DNA of 64,000 bases from Bdellovibrionales bacterium CG10_big_fil_rev_8_21_14_0_10_45_34 (GCA_002778785.1 PEZS01000010.1:184671-248670), one strand, 5' to 3'. Positions 1 through 9,516 are shown, counted from the stretch's first letter. A program made the numbers and translations. Notes: generated from the sequence alone by a model not told the origin.

Positions 1-472
1 TTGGTTTGAACTGATCGGCGATCCACTCGGGCTCGGAGCGAAATTGCTGATGATAAGTTAGTTCTCTTATCGCAACGTAATACCACTTTGCGTAGTACCT
101 GTACTGTGCTTTTTGAAGGGGATAAACTCGCTCTAATGTTTTAGAGAGGCTGAGTTTCTCGGCAGATTTTTGTTTTTGTTCGTCGGTATCTGCCTGACAA
201 AATTCGACGAGATTTCTGAAGAACTGGGCTTCCTCGGAGTTCAGTTTAAGTGCCTGGCAGAAGATGGAGACGCTTTTGGCAGAGAGATTTCTTTTTCCGT
301 CTATGACCAGTTTTAAAAAATTAGGCGACTGAAATCCGGCCTTCTTTGAGAAATATCTATAGGAGAAATAGTTGGTTTGCTCCTTATTGAAGGAGTAGAG
401 ATCTTTGAGGAAAGTTCTATAGTCAGTGTATTCAAAAACGCTAGGTTTAATAGGCAAGTGAGTTACTCCCAT
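1..472 (-). CDS. TIGR02147-like conserved hypothetical protein (N-terminal part; gene runs off the window)
   Basis: My own minus-strand translation from the ATG at 472-470 gives MGVTHLPIKPSVFEYTDYRTFLKDLYSFNKEQTNYFSYRYFSKKAGFQSPNFLKLVIDGKRNLS... and stays open to position 1. It is absent from the ORF track because it is truncated. It resembles, as I recall it, the multi-paralog family seen in Fibrobacter and Bdellovibrio. Confidence 0.5.
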   Translation of the reverse strand, partial: MGVTHLPIKPSVFEYTDYRTFLKDLYSFNKEQTNYFSYRYFSKKAGFQSPNFLKLVIDGKRNLSAKSVSIFCQALKLNSEEAQFFRNLVEFCQADTDEQKQKSAEKLSLSKTLERVYPLQKAQYRYYAKWYYVAIRELTYHQQFRSEPEWIADQFKP

Positions 473-564
473 CCCCTATCTTATCGGTATCACAAGAAGA
501 TTTAAAAAGAACCTGTTAAATACCCGTATTCTGCTTGAATACGGGTCTAGACGAAAGTCTCTGC

Positions 565-2655
565 TTATTGAAGTTCGAGATATCTCGGATCACATACGCG
601 TTCGTCTATTGTGCTGCAGATATCTTCGGCGCCCTCAAACTTAAGAGTGTCTTCGGCGTCGCAGTCGAAGTCTAAATTGTGAACTTTGGCTCCAAAGAGC
701 GAAAAACTCACAACTTTGTTCTTCACTAAAACCGTGCGATGCACATCGACGGACTTTTGTGGATAATAGCAGTTCTTGGCTAAGCGACTCTGCAAACGTT
801 GGCAAGTTGGTGGAATGAACTCCCAGTGTGTCATCTTGCCTATGATCTCTAGATTTGTGTCAGCATTTAAAGCAACAGCGCCCGAAAAATTCAGCTTTGG
901 CTGTGCGTAGATGTCAGTCCGCGCTTCAAACAAAACCACTGGGAAGATGGCAAGATTCCTATTCTCATCATAAACGAAGGATTTTGGCTCCTGGGTTACA
1001 GAGCTATAAGATGGATGGACGCCAAGTACATTTTGGACTACAAGACGTGGTTTAAATGGATCTGTTAAATCAAAGAGGCTTGTTTGAATTCCGGGGCCAC
1101 TTTGCGGAGGTATGTCGGTAAAACCGATACCTATCAGCTGACCATTTGCAATCTTGTGTAGATAACTCGAAAAACCCGGAGCTTGCGTTTCAGAAATTTT
1201 ATCAATTTTATCTTCGGACTCAATCTCAAATATATGAAGAGGATCTTGCTGTTCGTATGTGACAGCGTATACAAGATTGTGATCGAACTTAACGGAGCGA
1301 ATACTTTCGCCCTGGCCAAATGGCTCTGAAAGCGCCGCTATCGTCATGCGGTTATGAGGCCTCACGGAAAATGTTGGTCCGTAGGCATCGACGCCGCAAT
1401 ATGCTTGCACGTCGTTTGTAAGAAGATTTGTAACAAGGTTTTCTATACCGCGCGGGCCTGAGCGGCTCTGTGATACAATAGTTAAAAAGTCTTTGGTCCC
1501 ATAGGCTTCATCAGAATATTCTTTAATGCTCCAGCGGCTCAGAATTTCTCCGTCTACTTCGCCAACTCTCCCGGCGACCAAGTTGCCGTCGTCCAGGTCA
1601 TGTGAAATTGCCAAAACCCAAGACTTGTTAGAGAGCTCCTCTGGGATGGCACTTTGATAGGAGTAGTGGCTCACCGTGTTCTGAAACGCGTAAATGTTTT
1701 TTGGTGCGACATAAAAGTCGAAATCGCCAATGATCGAGAGCGCTTTTTCATCTCCTGTGTCGGCATTCTCTGAAAGAGAGAACAAGGAATACGCATTCAT
1801 ATTGTGATCGTCGATGATTGGCTCAAGGTATCTGTTGCAGGTCACCTGGTGTAGATCTGTGCCACTGGATTTAACAGGAGTTCGGCGCGAATACCCGCCT
1901 GGTAAAAACTGGAGAGACCGTGCACTTGTGCCCTGATTTGTTGCTTCGTTTCTATAGAGAGTATTTTTTGTGATTACTAGAAGCCTACTTGCAGTAAATC
2001 TCGTAGTCACGAGCTCCCCATGGTATAGGCGCGTGGCCTCAAGCGACGGCACCTTTTTACCCTTAAGTCGATAGCTAGCAACTGTTGTGAGCGGAACTTG
2101 CTCTGTTGGGTCATAGGTGATCGCGTGCAAGTAGTGTTCCGTAAGGTAAAGGTTTGCGGGCGGAGCTTTTTTCGACGTTGAGATTGATCCAACGAGTTTC
2201 AAGGTTTTTGGATCAATCACTTTGACCGAACCGATCGTGGAGGCAAAAACCAACTTTTCGTTCATCTTTACAATATCGGCTTCGTCGACACCAGTAACTT
2301 GAATGTTCGTAATTGATGGACTTGAATGATTCTGGTGAGGGTCTGCTAAACTAGGCGCAGATTGATCTACACCGATACGGCGAGAGAGGTCTTGTACCGC
2401 ATTGCTGACGCTATCAGCTTTTTTTGATATCCAATTGTCTAAGTGCTCGCAATCTTCAAAAGGCTTCGGAGAAAAATTGACAGAGGGCGGGACACCGAAT
2501 GGATCTAGAGGGTCGTCCACGTTTGGATGAAAGTTTTCGCCTTTTGTGCAGCCTATAATTAGAGAACAGACCAGTGCCAGGTTCAATACGGGGTTCAGTG
2601 TTAGGTTTAAGGCTGGGTATAGTGTAAGATTCGAAGGTTTCAGTGTTTGGTTCAA
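565..2655 (-). CDS. Secreted lipoprotein with C-terminal beta-propeller domain (COG4880-like)
   Basis: Track ORF of 696 aa with a TTG start. A lipobox-like LIIGC lies near the N-terminus. The motif NIQVTGVDEADIVKMNEKLVFA resembles the family signature as I recall it. Confidence 0.55.
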   Translation of the reverse strand: MNQTLKPSNLTLYPALNLTLNPVLNLALVCSLIIGCTKGENFHPNVDDPLDPFGVPPSVNFSPKPFEDCEHLDNWISKKADSVSNAVQDLSRRIGVDQSAPSLADPHQNHSSPSITNIQVTGVDEADIVKMNEKLVFASTIGSVKVIDPKTLKLVGSISTSKKAPPANLYLTEHYLHAITYDPTEQVPLTTVASYRLKGKKVPSLEATRLYHGELVTTRFTASRLLVITKNTLYRNEATNQGTSARSLQFLPGGYSRRTPVKSSGTDLHQVTCNRYLEPIIDDHNMNAYSLFSLSENADTGDEKALSIIGDFDFYVAPKNIYAFQNTVSHYSYQSAIPEELSNKSWVLAISHDLDDGNLVAGRVGEVDGEILSRWSIKEYSDEAYGTKDFLTIVSQSRSGPRGIENLVTNLLTNDVQAYCGVDAYGPTFSVRPHNRMTIAALSEPFGQGESIRSVKFDHNLVYAVTYEQQDPLHIFEIESEDKIDKISETQAPGFSSYLHKIANGQLIGIGFTDIPPQSGPGIQTSLFDLTDPFKPRLVVQNVLGVHPSYSSVTQEPKSFVYDENRNLAIFPVVLFEARTDIYAQPKLNFSGAVALNADTNLEIIGKMTHWEFIPPTCQRLQSRLAKNCYYPQKSVDVHRTVLVKNKVVSFSLFGAKVHNLDFDCDAEDTLKFEGAEDICSTIDERVCDPRYLELQ

Positions 2656-2984
2656 ACTAGGGCTTAGCCTTTGGATTAATGTAAAAATTCAGGATGGGGT
2701 AAAATATTCGTTTTAGTATGGGGTTTTCTGTGAGGCTTGATTGTTTCATAATTCTCCGTCGTTATTTTTGTATGTCTTGGCCAACTCATTTAAATCGCAC
2801 ACATAGCAGATTCGCATTTTATCGCGTTGCTCTTTCAAATTGATCATTCGCTTGAGCGACACTTATTTGACCAAAGTTTGTTTTGGGCGACGTACTACTT
2901 GTTTAGTGTAATGTTTGTTTCGGCGGATGAGGTAGAATTCTTAGTGAGTTAATCAACTAAGTGTATGCCCGGTGAATACATGAC

Positions 2985-4346
2985 TTAGCTTTGATCCGAA
3001 CTTATCTGTTTCGCGAATGCCTTCATGACGAAAAGATGTAGCTTCGCTTGAGTGTACTTGTAGATGAACCACGGCAGGGCTGGTTTGAAATCGTGGATGG
3101 CTGCAATGACGAAGCGTCTATTCAAGACAACCCTAAACTCCAAACGCCCGCGGTATCCTTGAGAAACAAGCAACCCCTTTGTGATGTATAAGATCTGTCG
3201 ATCTGGGTCGCTTCTGGTGTCACTAAGCTCCATCTCAATCAACCTCAAACTTCGTTTAAAGAGCGAAAAAATGACTATGTTGGCGTTTTGCTCAACGACA
3301 ATAACGGGGGTTAAGAATGTTGTTAACCAAATCAAATACTCGTTTTTTACCCACTGGGCATTCTTGCCAAGAGGCAATTGGATTCGCTGAACAGAACGAA
3401 CGGTATTTCTTCTGATTCGAAACCGAAAAAACGACTTGCCAGACTTAGATTTAAAGGAAGAGTTTTTCAGAATTTCTCTGTATGTGCGATCTGCGAACTC
3501 GTCTGAAAACAAATGAGACTTCCTAGCTAGCATAGGATGCTCAAGTGACTCTACAAGAGGATACACTAAGTCCCTGGGAGAATTTGTAATCAGGCTCACC
3601 CAAAGCCTCGACAATGTGGGCGTAAAAAAAGGAACGCTTAAAAATAGTCGTTTAAGCTTCATCTCTTTGGCAGTTTGGCGCATCATCTCCAAATAGGTTA
3701 ACGGTTTACATCCTGCCAGGTCGTAGGTCTTTCCGACATGTGAAAGATCGGACGTTGCAGAAGAAATCGCCGTAAGAACAGTTTCGAGGTCTACGGGAGT
3801 GGTTAGGGTTTGAGTCCAGCGAGGACAAATCATAATTGGAAGGCGCTTAACAAGTTTTATGAGGATTTGAAAGGATGAACCAGATTCTCCGAGAATTAAG
3901 CCTGCTCGGAAGATAGTTGCTGGTAAAGCGTGATCATGAAAAATATCTTCCATCTCAAGACGACTTTGAAGATGCAACGAAAGCTTGGTGTCTTCAGGAA
4001 TTAATCCACTTAGGTAAATAAGCTGCTTAAGGCCAGAGTCTTTAAGGCTTCTTGCAAAGTTATCGGCCAAAATGAGGTCGTAATCAGCAAATGATCCTTG
4101 ATCAAGCTGAGCCGTTGGCCCCATTGAGTGAACAAGGTAAAGCGCAAAGTCGATTGTTTTTGGTAGAGCTAGCTCGAGAGACCTTAGTGAAAACAAGTCA
4201 CAGGGTTTCCAAAGAACCCTTGGGTGATCTGACTTCTGTTCGGAGCGCGATAAAGCAGTTATCGTTGCTTCAGGAAACTTTTCAAGAAGTCTTAAGATAA
4301 TCTCTCGCCCTATATAACCGCTCGCGCCAGCAACAACGATGTTCAT
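2985..4346 (-). CDS. NAD(P)-binding SDR/NmrA-like protein with a C-terminal DUF2867-like extension
   Basis: Track ORF of 453 aa. N-terminal Rossmann motif MNIVVAGASGYIGREI. The long C-terminal half is typical of the SDR+DUF2867 architecture. Confidence 0.55.
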   Translation of the reverse strand: MNIVVAGASGYIGREIILRLLEKFPEATITALSRSEQKSDHPRVLWKPCDLFSLRSLELALPKTIDFALYLVHSMGPTAQLDQGSFADYDLILADNFARSLKDSGLKQLIYLSGLIPEDTKLSLHLQSRLEMEDIFHDHALPATIFRAGLILGESGSSFQILIKLVKRLPIMICPRWTQTLTTPVDLETVLTAISSATSDLSHVGKTYDLAGCKPLTYLEMMRQTAKEMKLKRLFLSVPFFTPTLSRLWVSLITNSPRDLVYPLVESLEHPMLARKSHLFSDEFADRTYREILKNSSFKSKSGKSFFRFRIRRNTVRSVQRIQLPLGKNAQWVKNEYLIWLTTFLTPVIVVEQNANIVIFSLFKRSLRLIEMELSDTRSDPDRQILYITKGLLVSQGYRGRLEFRVVLNRRFVIAAIHDFKPALPWFIYKYTQAKLHLFVMKAFAKQISSDQS

Positions 4347-4432
4347 TCACATGTAAAGTACCAGTTACCCCGCGAGGCACCAAGTCTTCTCTCAGCAAGG
4401 TAGCCCGCAGTTTCTGCAACGGGTGTAGCCCT

Positions 4433-4903
4433 TTATAGATACAGTTCGAAGGCTTGGTCGCATCGCTCGACCAAATGTCGATTGGTTATTGGCGTGAAAC
4501 CATGCTTTAGGTAGAGGCCAACAGCTTCTTTAAGTACAGAAGCTGTCTCAAGCTCAACACGCTTAAACCTCATCTCCCGTGCTTTATTTAAAGCTCTTTC
4601 GAGCATTGCTTTGCCTAAACCCTTGCCCCTTTGTGAGCTCGCCAAATACATTTTTCTGAGTTCGCAGCTATCATGCACGTTTGGGTAAAGCCCCCAAGAG
4701 CCAACAACGCACCCTTCTACTTCGCACACCTCAAAGTATCCGCCTTTTTGAAAATAGAAAGCTTCAATGTCGCTCAGATCTAAATCTGTATCATCTGGAT
4801 CAGGTTTCAATCCGTATTCTTCAAGAACAGAAAATACGAGCTCTTTGAGAGCTGGAACGTCTGCATTGGTTGCCATGCGGTACTTCACATTAAAATTCGT
4901 CAT
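4433..4903 (-). CDS. GNAT family N-acetyltransferase
   Basis: Track ORF of 156 aa. Acetyl-CoA binding-type motif SSQRGKGLGKAMLERAL. Confidence 0.75.
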   Translation of the reverse strand: MTNFNVKYRMATNADVPALKELVFSVLEEYGLKPDPDDTDLDLSDIEAFYFQKGGYFEVCEVEGCVVGSWGLYPNVHDSCELRKMYLASSQRGKGLGKAMLERALNKAREMRFKRVELETASVLKEAVGLYLKHGFTPITNRHLVERCDQAFELYL

Positions 4904-4996
4904 CGATGTTTCGTATGGTAGGACATTTTCAATTGCAAAGCCACAACCTTCAGCACGGTAAAACCTCTTCGGGCAAATTCACGCCGTATGCTAACT

Positions 4997-6169
4997 TTAG
5001 TGCATTTTTAGTACGACTTTAATACACTCGTCTTTTTGATCACTGAAAATTTCATAGGCGTGGGAGCCTTCATCGATTTCCATTCGGTGTGTAATTACAA
5101 ACGATGGATCAATCTTGTCTTCAAGAATGAGTTTAAGAAGGGGTTTCATGTATTTTTGGGTATGAGTTTGTCCCATTTTGAAAGTGAGGCCTTTTCCGAA
5201 CGCAGCACCAAATGGGAAGTGATCAGAAAAACCGGCATAAACGCCCGGTACAGATACCGTTCCACCTTTTTTGCATGCCATGATCGCCAATCTTAAAGCG
5301 TCGATGCGATCAGTGACAAGTCCAACGGCTGCTTCAACACGATCACGAATTGATGTTATTGACTGCCCGTGGGCCTCCAGCCCGACAGCATCTATGCAGC
5401 TATCTGGGCCGCGCCCTCCCGTTAAAGCTTTGAGTTCATCCACAAGCTCATCGGCATCTTCGTAATTGATAGTTTCAGCGCCGCTATCCGCCGCCATTTT
5501 TAGTCGCCCCTCGAAATGATCGATGGCAATCACGCGCTCGGCGCCAAGCAAAAAGGCGCTTCGAATACACATTTGACCTACCGGACCCGCACCCCAAACA
5601 GCAACAGTATCACCGCGTTTTATGTTGCAGTTTTCAGCTGCCATGTAGCCGGTGGGAAAGATATCACTCAAGAAGAGAACTTTTTCGTCATCAATGCCTT
5701 GTGGAACAATTAAAGAGTTCGTATCTGCAAAGGGTAAGCGAATGTATTCAGCTTGACCGCCGGCGTAGCCTCCCATCATATGCGAAAATCCAAAGGCCGC
5801 GGCTCCCGATTGACCGTAGAGTTCGTCTGGAATAATTGCGTTGGGGTTCGAGTTGTCGCAGGCGGAGTATTCTTCAACCTTGCAGTGATGGCATTTGCCG
5901 CATCCTATATCAAAAGGGATAACAATTCTGTCGCCAGCTTTCAACGTCTTCACAAGTGGGCCTACTTCAACAACTTCGCCCATGGTTTCGTGGCCTAATA
6001 TATCACCCTTTTTCATGGTGGGAACATACCCATTGTACAAATGAAGATCAGAGCCGCAAATAGCAGAAGTCGTTACCTTCACGATAACATCACCGCTAGA
6101 AAGAACTCGCGGATCTGGGACGTTCATCAAATCTACTTTTTGCTTTCCTTGCCAGGTTAAAGCTTTCAT
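4997..6169 (-). CDS. Zinc-dependent alcohol / formaldehyde dehydrogenase family (MDR)
   Basis: Track ORF of 390 aa. Motifs: CGSDLH and GHETMGEV catalytic Zn, CGKCHHC structural Zn, and GAGPVG NAD-binding. Confidence 0.85.
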   Translation of the reverse strand: MKALTWQGKQKVDLMNVPDPRVLSSGDVIVKVTTSAICGSDLHLYNGYVPTMKKGDILGHETMGEVVEVGPLVKTLKAGDRIVIPFDIGCGKCHHCKVEEYSACDNSNPNAIIPDELYGQSGAAAFGFSHMMGGYAGGQAEYIRLPFADTNSLIVPQGIDDEKVLFLSDIFPTGYMAAENCNIKRGDTVAVWGAGPVGQMCIRSAFLLGAERVIAIDHFEGRLKMAADSGAETINYEDADELVDELKALTGGRGPDSCIDAVGLEAHGQSITSIRDRVEAAVGLVTDRIDALRLAIMACKKGGTVSVPGVYAGFSDHFPFGAAFGKGLTFKMGQTHTQKYMKPLLKLILEDKIDPSFVITHRMEIDEGSHAYEIFSDQKDECIKVVLKMH

Positions 6170-6183
6170 ATAGTTGGTTTCTC

Positions 6184-6780
6184 CTAGTGTTTTAAGACGG
6201 CTTCTGATTCTGAATCACGTCCGCTAGACTGGCCTTCGATGGTGGCGAACTCTCCAGTTTCAAGAAAGCATTTGAGTCTTCGCAGATTTATAAAGGCCAA
6301 CGATTTTGGATCTTCCCCTGCCATGCTCGTCAGTATTTCCGTAAACGTTCCGCCGGGAAGTTTGTAATCAAGTGCAAGACTAATGACTGTTCCTAAATTC
6401 TGTGGGGCGGGAGAAAACCAAATTGATCCTGACGTTTCTACTTCTGAGTCTTCAGTGCTTTGCCAGGCGATCATTTCATTTGGACGCTCGTTTGTGATCG
6501 TGGCCTCCCACTGGACAGTCTTTCCCTTTACTTCAACTGTCCAAAGCGATTTTGCTGACGACAACACGTCAACTGATTTGAGACTCTTCATAAAAAGTGG
6601 GAGGTTTTGAAAATTTCTGAAAAATGTGTAAGCGACCTCTGGGGAAACTCCAACGGTCACCGCCAGGCGACTCTTATCGTCATCGTGAAAGCGTCCGTCT
6701 TGAAACGGTCCTTTCTCTAAAGCTTTAGATTTTTGAGTTTTGTCGACCTGTGGTTTCTCGTGAATTGGAGGAGTAGGCAT
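6184..6780 (-). CDS. SRPBCC (cyclase/dehydrase-like) domain protein
   Basis: Track ORF of 198 aa. The size and the pattern [29 protein letters not shown] are typical of the polyketide-cyclase/SRPBCC fold. Confidence 0.45.
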   Translation of the reverse strand: MPTPPIHEKPQVDKTQKSKALEKGPFQDGRFHDDDKSRLAVTVGVSPEVAYTFFRNFQNLPLFMKSLKSVDVLSSAKSLWTVEVKGKTVQWEATITNERPNEMIAWQSTEDSEVETSGSIWFSPAPQNLGTVISLALDYKLPGGTFTEILTSMAGEDPKSLAFINLRRLKCFLETGEFATIEGQSSGRDSESEAVLKH

Positions 6781-7113
6781 CTAACGAGTCCTTTCAGTAA
6801 TTTTTATCAATACAAACATTTTTTTGAATCGCACATCTAAACCTGATGCAACAGTGAAGCCACTCGTAGTAGATAACTGAGAGTCAAAAGTGAAGCTTAG
6901 GCCGCATGTAATTTAATTGGACGTGTATTTGTGCCACAAATCAGTAGTAAATTTGCCCCAATACTAGGAATTTTCTTGATTCAAAATCTACCAGCTCCTT
7001 TGAGGAGTGCAGCGCGGCTTTGGTATGTTGTCTAAAGCGTGTGATGTCGCAGAGGTCAGCAAACCGTAAGAGCTAATTTCGAAACGAGAGCAGATAATTC
7101 CATCGGTGGCACG

Positions 7114-7383
7114 GTGAAAAGCGAAGTGAACGGTTTGGCGGTTGAAACGATATTGACCTTTGATCGTATCGAAAGAAAGGATACGAAACTTTTTCTCTCT
7201 CGCAACGGGAAGTCTGTAGAGGTGAAAATCACTTCAGATGGCTTCGCCAACAATCACTTTGAAAATCCCAGATACTCGGTGACCTATGAGGGCGGAACAT
7301 TCGAATACAGTCTTAAGGGCCACGCCTGCTGGGCCTATTCGGTGAATCTCGCGCTTCTTATGATTGGCGCCTACACTCACTGA
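7114..7383 (+). CDS. Hypothetical small protein
   Basis: Track ORF of 89 aa with a GTG start. No recognisable motif and no clear RBS. Confidence 0.2.
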   Translation: MKSEVNGLAVETILTFDRIERKDTKLFLSRNGKSVEVKITSDGFANNHFENPRYSVTYEGGTFEYSLKGHACWAYSVNLALLMIGAYTH

Positions 7384-7542
7384 CTTAGTGTGGGCAGGAG
7401 GATAAATTGATTATATTCCCCCCCCCTTTGTCTGCCTCTTGTCACGGGGCCAGACGATGCCAGAACACTTGATAAAGAGATAATTAACAGACGTGTCACT
7501 CGGGAGCAGTTAGTAAAAGTTGGCTATCAGCGCCGACATTCT

Positions 7543-7827
7543 TTACTCGTTATGCCAGCTGACTTCGATCTTATTCCCGTCAGGGTCAAAGATGAAGAAA
7601 CTCGCGAACTGATTTTCTTTATGCATAAGATCACGAGCGAACTGAATATTCAGTGATTTACATTTCTTATACATGGCTAAAGCCTCTTGTTCCGAAGCCA
7701 AGCAAAATCCTAGATGATACCAGCTCGGGAACTTAGGAAGTTCATCAACAGGATCAATTGCGATTAAAAAGCCTGCTTCGTTATCCAGAAAAACTCCAGG
7801 ATCATGGTCGAACTTCTTCTTAACATT
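7543..7827 (-). pseudogene. 5'-truncated glyoxalase/VOC-family gene fragment
   Basis: My own minus-strand translation gives ...FDHDPGVFLDNEAGFLIAIDPVDELPKFPSWYHLGFCLASEQEALAMYKKCKSLNIQFARDLMHKENQFASFFIFDPDGNKIEVSWHNE*. The frame is closed upstream by a TGA at 7830-7828. There is no start codon before an internal Met that is 43 codons from the end, so the N-terminal beta-alpha-beta module is missing. Confidence 0.55.
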
Positions 7828-7857
7828 TCAGTGAGCCTGTCGGGCTCCGCACTATTG

Positions 7858-8280
7858 CTAAGCTGCTACGTTCCCGAGCTTGTGGCTATAAACCATATTG
7901 GGCAGGTGGACCTCAATGGAGTCATATTTGAACTTCAGCTTGGGGAGCTTGGTGTTTCGATTGTCCCCAACATCCTCAATAACTATGAAACCTGCCGCCG
8001 CCAAGCTGTCACAGTCCTTTTTCACGTTTGCAAAGTCCCGACCCACCAATTTAGCCAGTTGATAAACCGAAGTGGGCTTTAAGTTGTGAATTGCCGCTAG
8101 AATCATATATTTCTGCTCACTCATAAGCTTCTGATAAACGGCTACTGAGGCAAAAATTAAAACATCAGGAGACTGAATCAACCTTTTTTTGCTCTTGATA
8201 ACTTCTTTAAGTTCACTTCGGGTACGGTCTTTGAAGTCTTCCCAGGCTTCAAATGTAATTTTCAAAGTTTTACTTTTCAT
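7858..8280 (-). CDS. Winged-helix DNA-binding protein (MarR/HVO_A0114-like), putative antitoxin/regulator partner
   Basis: Track ORF of 140 aa. The stretch ...QKYMILAAIHNLKPTSVYQLAKLVGRDFANVKKDCDSLAAAGFIVIEDVG... is wHTH-like. Its ATG lies inside the end of the restored upstream gene (ATGAAAAGTAA overlap). Confidence 0.6.
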   Translation of the reverse strand: MKSKTLKITFEAWEDFKDRTRSELKEVIKSKKRLIQSPDVLIFASVAVYQKLMSEQKYMILAAIHNLKPTSVYQLAKLVGRDFANVKKDCDSLAAAGFIVIEDVGDNRNTKLPKLKFKYDSIEVHLPNMVYSHKLGNVAA

Positions 8281-8583
8281 TACTCACGATCCTTTCAGTC
8301 TCGCCAATAAAACTCTCAAAGGCTTCATAAAAATCTTTTGCATCCAAGGCGACACGGGTTGTTTTGTCCTTCGGTAGTCCCGCGTGAATATGGAACCCAA
8401 AGGGTGCATGGTTATCAACAAGAAGTCGCGCCAGGTTACTGCCCCCATATCTATCAGCACAAACCGGGCTTTAATACCCTCTGGGTATTTTTCAGTTGGT
8501 TCAACTTCATAAACTTTAAGCTCGACCCGATAGTTCTCGGTAAGTTGAAATGACTGGTCCCAAACAAGCTTCGCATCACCCAT
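8270..8583 (-). pseudogene. Frameshifted small toxin-like gene (xDNHxxxGxHxH type; TumE/DUF6516-like as I recall)
   Basis: Frame 1 reads MGDAKLVWDQSFQLTENYRVELKVYEVEPTEKYPEGIKARFVLID and then becomes junk. Another frame from about 8470 reads ...DRYGGSNLARLLVDNHAPFGFHIHAGLPKDKTTRVALDAKDFYEAFESFIGETERIVSNEK*, ending at 8270 and overlapping the next gene's ATG. The frame switch must lie within 8442-8470, which includes a C5/G5 run. Confidence 0.6.
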
Positions 8584-8595
8584 ATCTTATTGATG

Positions 8596-8625
8596 AATAT
8601 AGGTAATATTGCCATATATTGGCAA
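8596..8625 (-). promoter_or_regulatory. Putative sigma70 promoter overlapping a 17-bp perfect palindrome (candidate operator)
   Basis: The minus strand reads TTGCCA-N18-TATATT, ending 12 nt before the ATG at 8583. The palindrome TTGCCATATATTGGCAA spans 8609-8625. Confidence 0.4.
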
Positions 8626-8640
8626 GGGGATTTAGCCTTA

Positions 8641-8970
8641 ATGGAAAAGAAGCAAAGTTGGAGTGCTCACTGCTTGGAACTCAGAATCTGTGTTTCCGAG
8701 GGCGACTTTCTTGATTTCACTTAAGAATATAGGTGTTCGAGTGCGTGGCTGGGATACGGCAGAAGTAAGTACCAAAAGAGCGGGTTGGTCTATATACGAA
8801 AGATCAGGTTTTACATTTGTCTAAGAAGGCCAAGCGCATTGATCTCATGAACGTCAGTCGAGAGAAGTATTTTCGAATTTTAGCCGACGTATTCGTCGAT
8901 GGAAATTCGCTTTCAGCGCACTTGATGAAAATGGGCTTAGCTTATTCATACGATGGCGGAATCAATTCTT
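8641..8970 (+). pseudogene. Degraded thermonuclease (SNase-like) gene
   Basis: Three fragments lie in different frames: MEKKQSWSAHCLELRICVSEGDFLDFT*, then ISLKNIGVRVRGWDTAEVSTKRAGWSIYERSGFTFV*, then DQVLHLSKKAKRIDLMNVSREKYFRILADVFVDGNSLSAHLMKMGLAYSYDGGINS*. The RVRGWDTAE and ..R.LADVFVDG..L...L...GLA motifs match the SNase pattern. Confidence 0.5.
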
Positions 8971-9170
8971 AAAACAATTTGGCGTTCCCAAGCTGCTCAA
9001 CTAAGGTATGATTGTTTTCTCTACGCAGCGAAGTATCTAAAGCCTTGAAGCCTCAAGAAAATATGAGATTCATTCCGGGTTCCCGATGGTGGTTCCGGCG
9101 TGGTGCGATTCTAGTTCCCGGCGCAGCTCTCGTTTTTCGGCCTTGGTAAATTCAATCATATCATTTCCCG

Positions 9171-9407
9171 TTAAGCACCCTTTTTATATTTTGCAAGGCC
9201 CTCTGTAATGAACTTGCGCATGAGGGTCTGGTAAGGAACTTCCATCTGCAAAGCCAACGCCTTCAGCCCTGTGATAATTTCTTCGGGCAGGTTAACGCTC
9301 GTGGGGTGTTTGCGCTTGGTCTTAGCCTTGGAATACGCATCCTTGACAGCCTTGGCGTTAAATTTGACGCTTGCATAGCCTTTTTCATTCTTTACATAGT
9401 TCGCCAT
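9171..9407 (-). CDS. BrnA-like / CopG-type ribbon-helix-helix antitoxin
   Basis: Track ORF of 78 aa. The C-terminal part SVNLPEEIITGLKALALQMEVPYQTLMRKFITEGL is typical of BrnA antitoxins. Confidence 0.6.
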   Translation of the reverse strand: MANYVKNEKGYASVKFNAKAVKDAYSKAKTKRKHPTSVNLPEEIITGLKALALQMEVPYQTLMRKFITEGLAKYKKGA

Positions 9408-9516
9408 AAAGACTCCTCTCTTTCTTATTCATTTTCCGAATATGGATGATTCGGATTCCAGATCCACGGATCGTAAAGCAAACAAACACATGCAATCTAC
9501 AAGCCACTGAATGAAC
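9385..9516 (-). pseudogene. BrnT-like toxin remnant (C-terminal ~40 codons only)
   Basis: My own translation gives (stop)VHSVACRLHVFVCFTIRGSGIRIIHIRKMNKKERSLYGELCKE*, overlapping the brnA-like ATG. It matches the BrnT C-terminal pattern ..VVYT.RG..IRIISARKA.kkEr..Y. No start codon and no N-terminal half are present. Confidence 0.45.

Noticed and set aside
2560-2760. Near-repeated 20-mers (TTGAACCAAACACTGAAACC / TTAAACCTAACACTGAACCC) at the 5' end of the beta-propeller lipoprotein gene, and a 30-codon ORF just upstream.
   Set aside because: There are only two imperfect copies, lying inside what may simply be an over-extended N-terminus (NLTL-type low complexity). There is no evidence of function.
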